A stretch of 55,820 bases of DNA from NCBI GenBank assembly GCA_016931955.1, contig JAFGDV010000045.1:1-55820 (forward strand), given 5' to 3'. The notes under the pieces were generated by a model, which was given only the letters and a program-made list of their open reading frames with translations, ran no database searches and was not told the DNA's origin. The translations under genes and the position numbers were made by a program. Of this stretch, positions 27,648 through 37,594 are shown piece after piece. Numbering within the stretch: position 1 is the first letter of the stretch; every line of letters begins with the position of its first letter. The DNA comes from Candidatus Altiarchaeota archaeon (lineage in GTDB: Archaea > Altiarchaeota > Altiarchaeia > IMC4 > QMZM01).

Positions 27648-29034
27648 TTGTCTCCGACATCTTCTTAACCATCCTTTTCTCCAGCATTATCATGTTTAAG
27701 ACCTTCTGCGGTTCCTCATAGTAGCTCCTGATAAAGTTTATGAAATCGCCGAGATCTGTGATGTCCTTAGCAACAAGATACTTGAGGACCATCTCCCTCT
27801 TCCTTATCTCGTCTATTACATCCTTAGGAGTTAGACCTGCTATCTCCGACATCTTGTTTATGGTGACTGCAGGAAACCTCGAGAAATCTGTCTTCTTTGA
27901 CTTAGCATTGTATCGGTAGACTGATCCAAGCTGGATCTGGCTCTCCATGATACCACCGACCTCGTCTATGTGCGTGATCATCCTCTTGCTGGTCTTGCCT
28001 TCATGGAATCTTGTTAAGACAATAATCAAGTCAAGGACAACCAGCATCCGAGGGTCAACATTCATCGGAGGGGATGTCAGCTTGAGTATGGCGTCCCTCG
28101 CACTGTCGGCATGTATGGTGCCCATCCCCGTATGACCCAGATTCATCGCGTTGATCAGGTTGAAGGCTTCTTTGCCCCTTACCTCGCCGACTACGACCCT
28201 ATCAGGCCTCAACCTCAGGCTGTTTTCCACCAACTTTTCCATGTCAGCGTATTCGCTGGTGGTCGTCCTCACCCAGTCATCGCAATACTCGAGGTCCAAC
28301 TCCATTGTGTCCTCTATCGAGACAAGCCGCTCATACTCTCTCACGAAGGGTATTATCGAGTTTAGCAATGTCGTCTTGCCGCAGCTTGTCCCCCCGCTTA
28401 TGAGTATGTTCCTCGGCGCAAGCCCGAAGCCTTCAACGCAGACCCATATGAGGGATGCCATGTCAGCAGTCATCGTGCCATTCTTTATGAGGTCTATTAT
28501 GGTAGGCGGATTCTCAAGGTACTTTCTTATTGTAACGACTGAGCTATCGAATGATACTGGCGGGAGGGTGCAGTTTATCCTGGGACCATCTGGCAGCACT
28601 GCATCGATGATTGGCTTCTTGCTGCTGAGGCCGCAGAATATCAGTATCTTCTCAATGAGCTTGTTAAGTTCATCCTTGTTCTTGAACTGGATATTTGTCT
28701 TACATTTTCCGAGGGTCCGGTGATAGATCATCACAGGCACGTCCGCCCCATTGATGAGTATCTCCTCGATGGCGTCCTCTGTTATCAGAGAATCAATGAC
28801 ATTATACCCAGATATATATGAGAGCATTTCATTGATTTCCTTGTCAGATATCTCCTTCTTCATGTGCTTTACCTCATCCATGAGGATTTCCTTCGCCCGT
28901 TCAGTCCTCTCCTCTCTGCTGATGCGGGAGAGGCGCGCACTGTACTTCATCAAGAACTTGTTTTCTAACTGGGATAGCAGCTCCACTTCCTGTGGAGTGA
29001 ACTTCGGCAGCTTTACGTTATAGTTGGCTAGCAT
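27625..29034 (-). CDS. Type II/IV secretion or pilus assembly ATPase (CpaF/TadA/ArlI-like)
   Basis: LPDGPRIN, TIRK, Walker A GGTSCGKTT, SIEDTMEL, LRLRPDRVVVGEVRG, GHTGMGTIHA. Confidence 0.92.
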   Translation of the reverse strand: MLANYNVKLPKFTPQEVELLSQLENKFLMKYSARLSRISREERTERAKEILMDEVKHMKKEISDKEINEMLSYISGYNVIDSLITEDAIEEILINGADVPVMIYHRTLGKCKTNIQFKNKDELNKLIEKILIFCGLSSKKPIIDAVLPDGPRINCTLPPVSFDSSVVTIRKYLENPPTIIDLIKNGTMTADMASLIWVCVEGFGLAPRNILISGGTSCGKTTLLNSIIPFVREYERLVSIEDTMELDLEYCDDWVRTTTSEYADMEKLVENSLRLRPDRVVVGEVRGKEAFNLINAMNLGHTGMGTIHADSARDAILKLTSPPMNVDPRMLVVLDLIIVLTRFHEGKTSKRMITHIDEVGGIMESQIQLGSVYRYNAKSKKTDFSRFPAVTINKMSEIAGLTPKDVIDEIRKREMVLKYLVAKDITDLGDFINFIRSYYEEPQKVLNMIMLEKRMVKKMSETNGSQRGE

Positions 29035-29094
29035 TTTGGGATAAATGTCTTAAATGTATTATATTAGATGGATTCACCTTAAAAATATTATACC

Positions 29095-29652
29095 ATGAAG
29101 ATTATAGTAGCCGTAACCGGGACCTCTGGGGTGATATTGGCTGGAAGGCTTCTGGATAGCCTGAAAAAACATGAGACCTTTCTCGTGGTCTCCGAGACGG
29201 CTAGGAAGGTCGCTGAATACGAGGATGTGAGCATCGAGGCCATGGAAAGACTGGCAAACCACGTCTATGCGGAGGGCGAGCTTGATGCGGACATCGCCAG
29301 CTCCTCTAATCCAGTGGATGCCATGGTGGTGATACCTTGTTCTATGAAGACCTTGTCCGCTATAGCCAACGGATTCTCCAGTAACCTGATAACGAGGTCG
29401 GCGGAAAACGTCTTGAAGACGGGCAGGAAGCTGGTTGTTGTTCCAAGGGACACCCCTCTGAGCCTTGCAGCGATCAACAACATGAGAAAGCTTAGGCTTG
29501 CCGGCGCCTTGATCGTTCCGCCGAACATGGCATACTACTTCAAGCCCAAGAAGCTGGACGACGTTACCAACTTCTTTGTCGGAAAGGTCCTGGATTCATT
29601 GGGTTTAGAGCATGATCTATATAGGAGATGGGTGGTTGAGGATGAGCCTTAG
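29095..29652 (+). CDS. ubiX: Flavin prenyltransferase
   Basis: VTGTSG, IASSS, PCSMKTLSAIANG, NLITR, PRDTPL. Confidence 0.93.
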   Translation: MKIIVAVTGTSGVILAGRLLDSLKKHETFLVVSETARKVAEYEDVSIEAMERLANHVYAEGELDADIASSSNPVDAMVVIPCSMKTLSAIANGFSSNLITRSAENVLKTGRKLVVVPRDTPLSLAAINNMRKLRLAGALIVPPNMAYYFKPKKLDDVTNFFVGKVLDSLGLEHDLYRRWVVEDEP

Positions 29653-30898
29653 GGAATTCTTGGATGAGGTGAAACCCCTTGTCATCAATGACGAGGTTGA
29701 TCCCTATCTGGAGGTGGCGAGTATTCTCCATAGAAATGAAGACTGCGTGGTTTTATTTAAGCGTGTCAAGGGTTCAAGATACTCTATTGTTGGTAACGTA
29801 TGCAGCTCGCGTGAGAATTTCAGCCGAGCCATCGGCGTAGAGAACAAAAAACTGCTGGAAAAGATCAGCGAAGCCATGGAGCGGATAGGAGAAATAGACG
29901 TCATCAAAAAGGGCGCATGTCAGGAGGTGGTCGAGAAAAGCGTTGATCTCTCAGAGATCCCGATTCCGACCTATACGAGCAAGGACATGGGGCCCTACAT
30001 CACCTCGGGTGTTTTTATCGTCGAAGACCCTGAATACGGGTTAAACGCAAGCTTCCATCGAGCTTCTCCAATATCACAGAACCAACTTGTTGCGAGGATC
30101 TGTCAGAGAAACCTCTTCAGGTATCTCAGGCGAGCCGGCGGCGAACTGGATGTGGCAATATGCATTGGACTACATCCCTCTGTGCTGTTGTCTGCTGCCA
30201 TCTCAACGGACATAACCGTTAACGAGCTCTCAATAGCTAACAACCTGAGAAAACTGGGGCTGGTGAAGTGCAAGACCAATGACCTGCTGGTTCCTGCTGA
30301 TTCAGAGATCATATTGGAGGGCCGGATAACGAAGGAAAAACACGCTGAAGGCCCATTCCCTGACATAACCCGGACCCTTGACATCATAAGGGATGAGCCC
30401 GTGATCGAGATAGACTGCGTAACCCATAGAAAGGACCCCATCTATCAGGCCCTCCTCCCCGCATCCAGGGAACACGAGCTCTTGATGGGCATGCCCCGTG
30501 AGCCCGTAATCTACAAAGAGGTGAACAAGGTCTGCTCCTGTAAGGATGTTTTATTGACCCATGGGGGTTGCTCGTGGCTTCACGGCATAGTCCAGATAGT
30601 GAAGAGATCTCCTGAAGACGGTAAAGCAGCTATCGAAGCTGCTTTAAGGGCTCACCCCAGCATGAAACACGTGGTTGTGGTAGACGAAGACATAGACATA
30701 CATAATCCAGATGAGGTGGAGTGGGCTGTTGCGACAAGATTCCAAGCAGGTGAGGGCTTGATCAGAAAACATGAGCATGGAAGCAGCCTTGACCCCAGCA
30801 GTTCAGAGGATAGGATGACCTATAAGCTGGGCCTTGATGCAACCATCCCATTCAATAAACCCAGGGATAAGTTCAAAAAGATATCCATAGGCGAATAG
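29642..30898 (+). CDS. UbiD-family decarboxylase, probably trans-anhydromevalonate-5-phosphate decarboxylase
   Basis: UbiD motifs NASFHR, EGPFPD, VDEDIDI..VEWAVATR, GSSLDPS; flanked by ubiX and the aconitase X genes. Confidence 0.88.
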   Translation: MSLREFLDEVKPLVINDEVDPYLEVASILHRNEDCVVLFKRVKGSRYSIVGNVCSSRENFSRAIGVENKKLLEKISEAMERIGEIDVIKKGACQEVVEKSVDLSEIPIPTYTSKDMGPYITSGVFIVEDPEYGLNASFHRASPISQNQLVARICQRNLFRYLRRAGGELDVAICIGLHPSVLLSAAISTDITVNELSIANNLRKLGLVKCKTNDLLVPADSEIILEGRITKEKHAEGPFPDITRTLDIIRDEPVIEIDCVTHRKDPIYQALLPASREHELLMGMPREPVIYKEVNKVCSCKDVLLTHGGCSWLHGIVQIVKRSPEDGKAAIEAALRAHPSMKHVVVVDEDIDIHNPDEVEWAVATRFQAGEGLIRKHEHGSSLDPSSSEDRMTYKLGLDATIPFNKPRDKFKKISIGE

Positions 30899-32101
30899 AT
30901 GGAATTAAGCAAAGAAGAGAAACTGATGTTTGAGGGTGTGAGGGGTGAAGGAGCCCGTAAGGCTATGGAGATCCTCGTCGCCTTGGCTGAGATATACAAT
31001 GCTGAACGCATGATTGAGGTAAAGAGCGCACAGATAGCTGGTGTGAGTTATAGGAACCTCGGCGATGCCGGCTTGGAATTCCTTGAGGAGTGGGCTGCTC
31101 AGGGGGCTAAGGTCAGGGTTCCATCAACATTGAATCCCGCTGGCATGGATTTACGGAACTGGAGGATTCTGGGCTTTCCTGAGGGGTTCGCTGAGAAACA
31201 GTTGAGGATCATCAAAGCCTACGAAAAAATGGGTGTGGATCCAACATGTACTTGTACTCCCTACCTGGCAGGCAATCTTCCAAGGTTTGGAGACCACATC
31301 GCCTGGAGCGAGTCTTCCGCTGTTTCTTTCGCTAACTCTGTCATCGGTGCTAGAACCAACAGGGAGGGCGGTCCTTCGGCTCTCGCAGCAGCCGTCGCTG
31401 GTAGAACCCCACTCTATGGCCTCCACCTTGACGAGAACCGTCTTGCCGACTTCATCGTTGAAGTTCGCTGTCCCCTCAAATCACTCTCTGATTTCGGCGC
31501 CCTCGGCTATCTTGTAGGTAAAAAGATCAGCGGCGGTGTTCCATTCTTCAGGGGAGTCAAGAAACCTAGTACGGATCGGCTTAAGGCCTTGGGCGCCGCC
31601 ATGGCCGCTTCTGGTTCTGTAGCCTTGTTTCACGTGGACGGCGTCACACCGGAAGCCCAGAAAAAGAACATGCTCTCTGAAAACGCCAAAGTCCTTGTCA
31701 TCGATGACCTAAGTGGAGGCTATGATGCATTGAATTCTCAGGGAGAAGTGATCGATTTTGTGGCATTGGGCTGTCCTCACGCATCCATAGATGAGATTGA
31801 GGTGATTGCTGATCTTCTGAGGGGTAAAAGGGTTAAGTCCACGTTGTGGATTACCACCTCCTCTGCGGTGAAGGACCTCGCTGAGAAGAGGGGTCTCCTC
31901 AACATGATAGAGGAAAGCGGCGCCCATGTTGTGGCTGACACGTGCATGATCGTCGCCCCTATAGAGGAGCTCGGCTTTAAAAAGATGGCGACAAATGCTG
32001 CTAAAGCGGCTTTCTATGCGCCCTCCCACTGTAAAACCGATGTTCGATTTGGTTCGCTTGAGAAATGCATTAATGCTGCGGTAAGCGGCAGGTGGGAGTG
32101 A
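30899..32101 (+). CDS. Aconitase X large subunit = phosphomevalonate dehydratase large subunit
   Basis: TCTCTPY, AWSESSA, GARTNREGG, GCPH, DTCMIV. Confidence 0.9.
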   Translation: MELSKEEKLMFEGVRGEGARKAMEILVALAEIYNAERMIEVKSAQIAGVSYRNLGDAGLEFLEEWAAQGAKVRVPSTLNPAGMDLRNWRILGFPEGFAEKQLRIIKAYEKMGVDPTCTCTPYLAGNLPRFGDHIAWSESSAVSFANSVIGARTNREGGPSALAAAVAGRTPLYGLHLDENRLADFIVEVRCPLKSLSDFGALGYLVGKKISGGVPFFRGVKKPSTDRLKALGAAMAASGSVALFHVDGVTPEAQKKNMLSENAKVLVIDDLSGGYDALNSQGEVIDFVALGCPHASIDEIEVIADLLRGKRVKSTLWITTSSAVKDLAEKRGLLNMIEESGAHVVADTCMIVAPIEELGFKKMATNAAKAAFYAPSHCKTDVRFGSLEKCINAAVSGRWE

Positions 32102-32484
32102 TGGAGCTCATCGGCAGGGTGATAAAGGACGGTAGAGTGGATGGAACCGCTTTAGTATCTTCAGAACCGATTTCCTTCTTCGGCTGCGTTGATCCTGAAA
32201 CAGGGGTTGTCACAGAGAAGGGCCACGTCCTTGAAGGCTTAAGCATCAGGGACTCAATCCTTGTGTTCCCGCATGGTAAGGGCTCTACTGTGGGTTCATA
32301 TGCGCTCTACAGATTAAAGAAGAATGGTGTGGCGCCTAAAGCCATCATAAACCAGGAATGTGAGCCTATTGTAGCTGTGGGCGCCATAATCTCTGACATA
32401 CCTTGCGTTGACAAAGTAGATATCTCGAAGATTAAGACAGGTGACAGCCTGCAGATCGAGGGTAATAAGGTCAGGATATTATAA
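32101..32484 (+). CDS. Aconitase X swivel subunit = phosphomevalonate dehydratase small subunit (DUF126)
   Basis: ISFFGCVDPETG, FPHGKGSTVGSY, AVGAIIS.IP. Confidence 0.92.
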   Translation: MELIGRVIKDGRVDGTALVSSEPISFFGCVDPETGVVTEKGHVLEGLSIRDSILVFPHGKGSTVGSYALYRLKKNGVAPKAIINQECEPIVAVGAIISDIPCVDKVDISKIKTGDSLQIEGNKVRIL

Positions 32485-32491
32485 AGTAACG

Positions 32492-33289
32492 ATGGACGAA
32501 CTAGTAATATTGAAGCTGGGCGGCTCGGTCATAACCAAAAAGAGCGACAACAAACGTGAGGTAGACCGCGTAAATCTGAGGAGGCTTTGCCAGGAGATCG
32601 CTGAAGCCATCGATGAGAAAAGATTCAGGCTCTTAGTAGTGCACGGCGCCGGCCCATTCGGCCACGTGCCCGCCCAAGAATATGGATTAGATAAGGGTTT
32701 AAGATCTGGAAAACAGTTGAAGGGTTTCTCTTTAACCCGTCAGTCGATGGAGGAACTGAACTCTTATGTAGTGGATGCCTTGCTCGAAGCCGGAATTAAT
32801 GCGATCAGTTATCAGCCTTCAGCAGTAGGTGTCCTTAGTGGGGGGAAACTCATATATTTTCCAACAAAGGTGTTAGCGTATCTCTTAGAGATGGACATGG
32901 TCCCCGTTTCCTATGGGGATGTTCTCGTCGATGAAAAAACCGGCGTCGGTATCCTATCAGGAGACCATCTAGTCCCCTATCTAGCGAGGAAGCTGCATGC
33001 CAGTAGAGTGATCATAACAACTGATGTTGACGGCATCTTCGACGTGGATCCTAAGGGTGGGGGTAGCTCTGAACTGATCAAGGAGATCACTCAGAGAAAC
33101 ATGGCTTCACTGAGTGTCGGCAAATCTCGTGGGACTGACGTTACGGGCGGCATGAAGAGGAAGCTTGATGAACTACTCAGGCTTGCTGGAGAAGGCATCA
33201 ACTCAGAGGTCATCTCTGGTGTGAAACCAGGGATCCTGAAGAGAAGCCTTCTCGGGGAAAAAAACCTGGGGACATTAATTAGGGAGTAA
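32492..33289 (+). CDS. ipk: Isopentenyl phosphate kinase
   Basis: LKLGGSVIT.K, VHGAGPFGH, ILSGD, DVTGGM. Confidence 0.93.
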   Translation: MDELVILKLGGSVITKKSDNKREVDRVNLRRLCQEIAEAIDEKRFRLLVVHGAGPFGHVPAQEYGLDKGLRSGKQLKGFSLTRQSMEELNSYVVDALLEAGINAISYQPSAVGVLSGGKLIYFPTKVLAYLLEMDMVPVSYGDVLVDEKTGVGILSGDHLVPYLARKLHASRVIITTDVDGIFDVDPKGGGSSELIKEITQRNMASLSVGKSRGTDVTGGMKRKLDELLRLAGEGINSEVISGVKPGILKRSLLGEKNLGTLIRE

Positions 33290-33305
33290 TCGCATACTAT
33301 CTAAC

Positions 33306-34295
33306 ATGACAGACGAAAGGAAGAAAGACCATCTCAGGATCTGCGTGGAAGAGGATGTTGAATCCGGTAGCACAGGCTTAGAAGATGTAAGGCTCACCCA
33401 TATGGCCCTTCCGGAATTAGACTTTGATGACATCTCCATGGAGACCAGATTCTTGGGGAAAGCCCTAAAGTATCCCCTGATCCTGGAGGCTATCACTGGG
33501 GGTGTTTCTAAGGCGAAAAAGATAAACCATGACATTGCCGGTATTGCAGAGGAATTTGGCATCGGCTTTGGTGTTGGAAGCCAGAGGATGGCATTAGTAG
33601 ATCCTGAACTGGCTGACACCTACAGGGTTAGGAATTTTGCCCCGGATATTTTCTTGATCGCGAACCTTGGCGCAGTTCAGCTGAACTACGGTTTTGGTCT
33701 TGATGAATGCAGGAAAGCGGTTGATATGATCGAAGCCGACGCTCTCGCATTACATATTAATCCATTGCAGGAGGCCGTTCAACCTGAGGGTGACAGAAAC
33801 TTCTCCGGCCTGATCGAGAAGATCAACTCTGTTTCAGAAAAACTTGGGAAACCGGTCATAGCCAAATGCGTCGGCTCAGGCATCTCCTATGAGACCGCGA
33901 AGAGGCTCAGGATTTCTGCAATCGACGTCGGCGGCTCTGGGGGCACCTCTTGGAGCCTCATAGAAGGCCTCCGCGGTGATAGTAAGACTAAGAAGATCGG
34001 GGAAACATTCGCTGGGTGGGGGATTCCAACTGCCGAATCGATCAGGGAGGTATCCAGGCTTAATGTTCCAGTCATCGGCTCGGGCGGGATCCGCACGGGT
34101 TTGGATGCAGCCAAAGCTATTGCATTGGGTGCGGATTGTGTTGGCATCGCGTTACCCGTACTAAGGGCTTGGTCTTCTGGTGGTAAAAAAGAAGTGAGAA
34201 AATTCCTGGATCGATTCATAACGGAGTTGAGGATCGCCATGTTCCTCTCAGGTTCTAAGAATATTAAGGAACTGAGGGGGAAGATCAAAGGGTAG
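33306..34295 (+). CDS. fni: Type 2 isopentenyl-diphosphate delta-isomerase
   Basis: RKKDHL, AITGG, VGSQR, ANLG, HINPLQEAVQPEGD, GGTSW, WGIPT, SGGIR. Confidence 0.96.
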   Translation: MTDERKKDHLRICVEEDVESGSTGLEDVRLTHMALPELDFDDISMETRFLGKALKYPLILEAITGGVSKAKKINHDIAGIAEEFGIGFGVGSQRMALVDPELADTYRVRNFAPDIFLIANLGAVQLNYGFGLDECRKAVDMIEADALALHINPLQEAVQPEGDRNFSGLIEKINSVSEKLGKPVIAKCVGSGISYETAKRLRISAIDVGGSGGTSWSLIEGLRGDSKTKKIGETFAGWGIPTAESIREVSRLNVPVIGSGGIRTGLDAAKAIALGADCVGIALPVLRAWSSGGKKEVRKFLDRFITELRIAMFLSGSKNIKELRGKIKG

Positions 34296-34296
34296 A

Positions 34297-34505
34297 ATGA
34301 AAAACAGGGACTTATCAAAGCAAAGCATGATGGGGTTGGAATGATGCTTATCGGGATGATCATGCTAGTCGACAACGCAACAAAATATCTTGCAGGGGGA
34401 AAAGCAACAACAAGCGTACTAGTCATAGGCATAGTATTGATAGCTATCGGAGAAACCATATTACACAATATACACAAAAAAGACAAAACAACGATTATCA
34501 AATAA
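34297..34505 (+). pseudogene. Small two-TM membrane protein, frameshifted at a G4 run (or an intact 54-aa ORF 34341-34505)
   Basis: ATG 34297 MKNRDLSKQSMMG stops soon after; one extra G at 34332-34335 joins it to VGMMLIGMIMLVDNATKYLAGGKATTSVLVIGIVLIAIGETILHNIHKKDKTTIIK; not in the ORF track. Confidence 0.45.
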
Positions 34506-34507
34506 AA

Positions 34508-34957
34508 ATGCGGTCTAGTTATTTCTTTGTATTCTTGGTCTCTGTTGTATTTTTCTGCGGCTGCGTTGACTTGGATGCGCACTTGACTGGCATCCCCGTA
34601 GTCGAACAGAATCAAACTACTGGTTGGCAGCCGGAGCCGGGTAACGGATCTAATGTCTACTTCTTCTACAGTCCCTCATGCCCTTACTGCATAAAGGAGA
34701 AGGCGTTTCTTGAGGAACTTGAGGGCAGATACCCTGATGTCAGGATAGACTACATAATAGCTTCTGAGAACTGGGATCTCTTCGCTGAGGTGTGTGAGTG
34801 TTATAACACTACTACTTCAGGCGTTCCGAGAACCTTCATAGGGGATAAGGCATTCATCGGGTTTTCATCCCAAGACTGCGACCTCAGGTTTAATGAAGCC
34901 TATAGGGCCTATATCGGCTGCCCGAACCAGATTGAGAATGCAGTAAATGAAATTTGA
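34508..34957 (+). CDS. Exported thioredoxin/glutaredoxin-like protein
   Basis: Signal peptide ending in CGC (lipobox-like), FFYSPSCPYC, GVPRTFIG. Confidence 0.8.
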   Translation: MRSSYFFVFLVSVVFFCGCVDLDAHLTGIPVVEQNQTTGWQPEPGNGSNVYFFYSPSCPYCIKEKAFLEELEGRYPDVRIDYIIASENWDLFAEVCECYNTTTSGVPRTFIGDKAFIGFSSQDCDLRFNEAYRAYIGCPNQIENAVNEI

Positions 34958-36203
34958 CTTCTTTGACAGGTTCTTCGGTAAGGAGACAAGGACTGAGGAG
35001 GTTATCGACTCAATCAGGCTGCGAGCCTGGCTTGAGAAAAAGATCAGCTCAAGGAAGCATGAAGTCTTTAGTGGATCCAAGCAGCTGATAGAGGATGTTT
35101 TCCGTAACATTGAGGGGGTGCGGAACACAACCCTTGGTCTTGAAAAACTGGAATGCCATGAGGGGATGCACCGGAAAGCCCGGAAGATAATCTCCTCCTC
35201 TAAGCCGAGGTTTATCCGAGGGGTGTTGGATATTCTCTCTACTTTGGAAAAGAAGCCTCAAGGCTATGAGGAACTTATCGTGTTTAATGAGAATCTTCTA
35301 GCCGCTATTTCTTCGTTGGCTAAGTTGAGTACTGGAGAGGGCAGGTATCTTCCGATGGCCTTTGGTGAGGAAATAGATGCCATGAAGAGGGAATCCAAGA
35401 GGCTGGTTGAGAACGCTGGGGAACTGAAGAACCGAATAGGTTCCGACGTGGCCCTGCTCTCAAAGGCTATGGATTCACTGAATGAGTTTGATGGCCTTGG
35501 AGATGAACTGATGGACTTGGATTCCCAGAAGTCTGAAGTGCTGGAAAAGATCAATACATGCCTAGGTGAGGTGTCCGAGCTTGAGAATGAACTTGATTCG
35601 CTCCGTGTGGGAGAGGAGTTCAAGGAACTGGGGAAAACAGAGGGGGAACTAGAGAACGTTGGTGAGGAATTGGAGGGTATGGAATCCTTAGTCTATAACA
35701 GCCTTAACCCGTTGAAGAGGCCTTTGAGGAAGTTCAGGAAGTCCGCAGAGGTTGGGGAGTGCACTGAAATGCTTAAATTGATTGATTCCTTCCTGCAGGA
35801 TCCTGTAGACTTTTTTCTCTCAGAGGATTCAGGCAGCTTAGAGAAAATGCTTTCTGGAGTCAAAGGGTTAGAATTTAGGCCGAAGGACAGGGATAAGATT
35901 CTTTCTAGGATAGAGTCTGCTTCGAGGATTGACCGAGGTGATCTGCGGGATAGGTATTCTAGGCTTTCTTCTGTAAGGGAAGAACTGAAGAAAAAGATAG
36001 CGTCTTTCTCGATTTTGGAGAAAGAGAAGAAGATTGTTGAAGACATAGAAACCGTTGAGAGGAGGATTAAGGATATGGAGGAGGAACTTCACAGGATAGA
36101 CAGGAAGGGTGAGGAGGTCAAGGATAGGATATCCTCGCTCAGAGAGGAAATAGAAGATATAATCAACGAAACCAAAGACTGCAGGATAAAGATAAGATGG
36201 TAA
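34947..36203 (+). CDS. Long coiled-coil hypothetical protein with N-terminal amphipathic helix
   Basis: MKFDFFDRFFGK start; extensive E/K/L heptads; no Walker motifs. Confidence 0.75.
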   Translation: MKFDFFDRFFGKETRTEEVIDSIRLRAWLEKKISSRKHEVFSGSKQLIEDVFRNIEGVRNTTLGLEKLECHEGMHRKARKIISSSKPRFIRGVLDILSTLEKKPQGYEELIVFNENLLAAISSLAKLSTGEGRYLPMAFGEEIDAMKRESKRLVENAGELKNRIGSDVALLSKAMDSLNEFDGLGDELMDLDSQKSEVLEKINTCLGEVSELENELDSLRVGEEFKELGKTEGELENVGEELEGMESLVYNSLNPLKRPLRKFRKSAEVGECTEMLKLIDSFLQDPVDFFLSEDSGSLEKMLSGVKGLEFRPKDRDKILSRIESASRIDRGDLRDRYSRLSSVREELKKKIASFSILEKEKKIVEDIETVERRIKDMEEELHRIDRKGEEVKDRISSLREEIEDIINETKDCRIKIRW

Positions 36204-36211
36204 GTCAGTTA

Positions 36212-36919
36212 TTACTTTCCTATCTTCTTTGTCGCTTTCCTGAATAATCCTGTGAGGTTGAATGATTCTTTTCCTGAGATGAATGCTCTTCCTATGAGTT
36301 GCCTGAATGTTTTTTTCGCCATTTTGGCGTCCTGTTCTCTCTCAAGCACTGAGTCAGTGAATGAGTCGAATTTCTCCAACAAGACTTTTTTCTCGACCTT
36401 GTCTGCGTGCCTGAGTTTTTTCATCCTCTTTCTCTTTTTCTCGAAACCCTGCCTTGAAAGTTCATACAGGATCACTGCAACTGAATGTGATAGATTCAGT
36501 GTGGGATATCCTGGGCTTGCAGGGATAGAAACAAGTAGGTCGCAGAGCCCTATTTCCTCATTCAGCAGGCCTTGATCCTCTCTACCGAATACTAGCCCGA
36601 TTTTGCCTTCAATGTCTGACGCCTCTGCTAGCTCAGAAGGTGACACTGGAGTCCTCAACTTGTTTTTGTCTGTCGCTATGACCGCTGATGTCGCTATCAG
36701 GAAGTCGAATTCGTCCTTCAAGGAACTGAAGTCATCAAAGACCTTTGCGTTGTCCAGTATGTCTCTGCCGTGCATTGCCATAGCCCTCGCCTCCTTCCCA
36801 AGCATGGGAGGCTCTACCAGCACAAGCTCGCTGAAGCCGAAGTTCTTCATAACCCGGGCAACCGAGCCAACATTGCCCTCATACTTCGGTTCCACCAAGA
36901 TAACTGAAAAAGACGCCAT
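36212..36919 (-). CDS. trmJ: TrmJ-family SPOUT tRNA 2'-O-methyltransferase
   Basis: VILVEP..GNVGSVARVMKNFG, VFGREDQGL.NEE, YPTLNLSHSV. Confidence 0.9.
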   Translation of the reverse strand: MASFSVILVEPKYEGNVGSVARVMKNFGFSELVLVEPPMLGKEARAMAMHGRDILDNAKVFDDFSSLKDEFDFLIATSAVIATDKNKLRTPVSPSELAEASDIEGKIGLVFGREDQGLLNEEIGLCDLLVSIPASPGYPTLNLSHSVAVILYELSRQGFEKKRKRMKKLRHADKVEKKVLLEKFDSFTDSVLEREQDAKMAKKTFRQLIGRAFISGKESFNLTGLFRKATKKIGK

Positions 36920-36920
36920 C

Positions 36921-37550
36921 CTATATTTCGTTGACACACATGTGTGCGATCCTTGTTGGTTCAGGTAGCCTGTATCCCCTCAAGCATTTTTCAACCAAGA
37001 GCATGCTCGTATATAATGAAATCATATGTCCGGGAGAGATGAATATCGGCTTACAGCCTTTCCTGGACTTGTATGCGAAGCCCAGTATTTCTTCACTGTC
37101 GCGGAGGATGGAGAAGTCGCCTTCCTCCTCTGGTGGGGTGTATTCTCCTACGAGTTTTTTCTTCGCCACCCCGATAGTTGGCGTATCCAGTAGTACTCCA
37201 ACGTGGGTTGCTATCCCCATCCGCTTGGGATGGGCTATGCCGTGTCCGTCCACCATGAGAACATCTGGTTTCTTCCTCAGCTTTTCATATGCTTCAATTA
37301 TGCTTGGAGCCTCCCTGAACGCCAGCAAACCAGGTATGTAAGGAAAATCCTCTGCCACCTCGGCTGAGGCTTTCTCCTTTTCCTCCAGCTCAGGGAAACC
37401 AAGTACGACGACACAAGACCTCACTCGGTCTCTTCTGGGAAAGGATTGGTCGACTCCAGCTATTGTCTTTATCTCCTCAGGTAGATTGTCCTCTAAGACA
37501 GCCTTCTTCCTCAGCCCCTCCCGTATCTGTACGTACTTTCCTGTATCCAC
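36921..37550 (-). CDS. nfi: Endonuclease V
   Basis: AGVD, FPYIPGLLAFRE, VDGHGIAHP, IGVAK, PIFISPGH, RLPEPTRIAH. Confidence 0.95.
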   Translation of the reverse strand: MDTGKYVQIREGLRKKAVLEDNLPEEIKTIAGVDQSFPRRDRVRSCVVVLGFPELEEKEKASAEVAEDFPYIPGLLAFREAPSIIEAYEKLRKKPDVLMVDGHGIAHPKRMGIATHVGVLLDTPTIGVAKKKLVGEYTPPEEEGDFSILRDSEEILGFAYKSRKGCKPIFISPGHMISLYTSMLLVEKCLRGYRLPEPTRIAHMCVNEI

Positions 37551-37594
37551 TGTAATACATATTTAACTGAACGCATATAATGTAATACCTTGAA

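Noticed and set aside
33887-34615. 242-aa minus-strand ORF
   Set aside because: Antisense shadow of fni and the downstream plus-strand genes; no motifs
37551-37588. TGTAATAC direct repeat 30 bp apart between nfi and herA
   Set aside because: Only 8 bp in AT-rich promoter DNA; cannot be distinguished from chance
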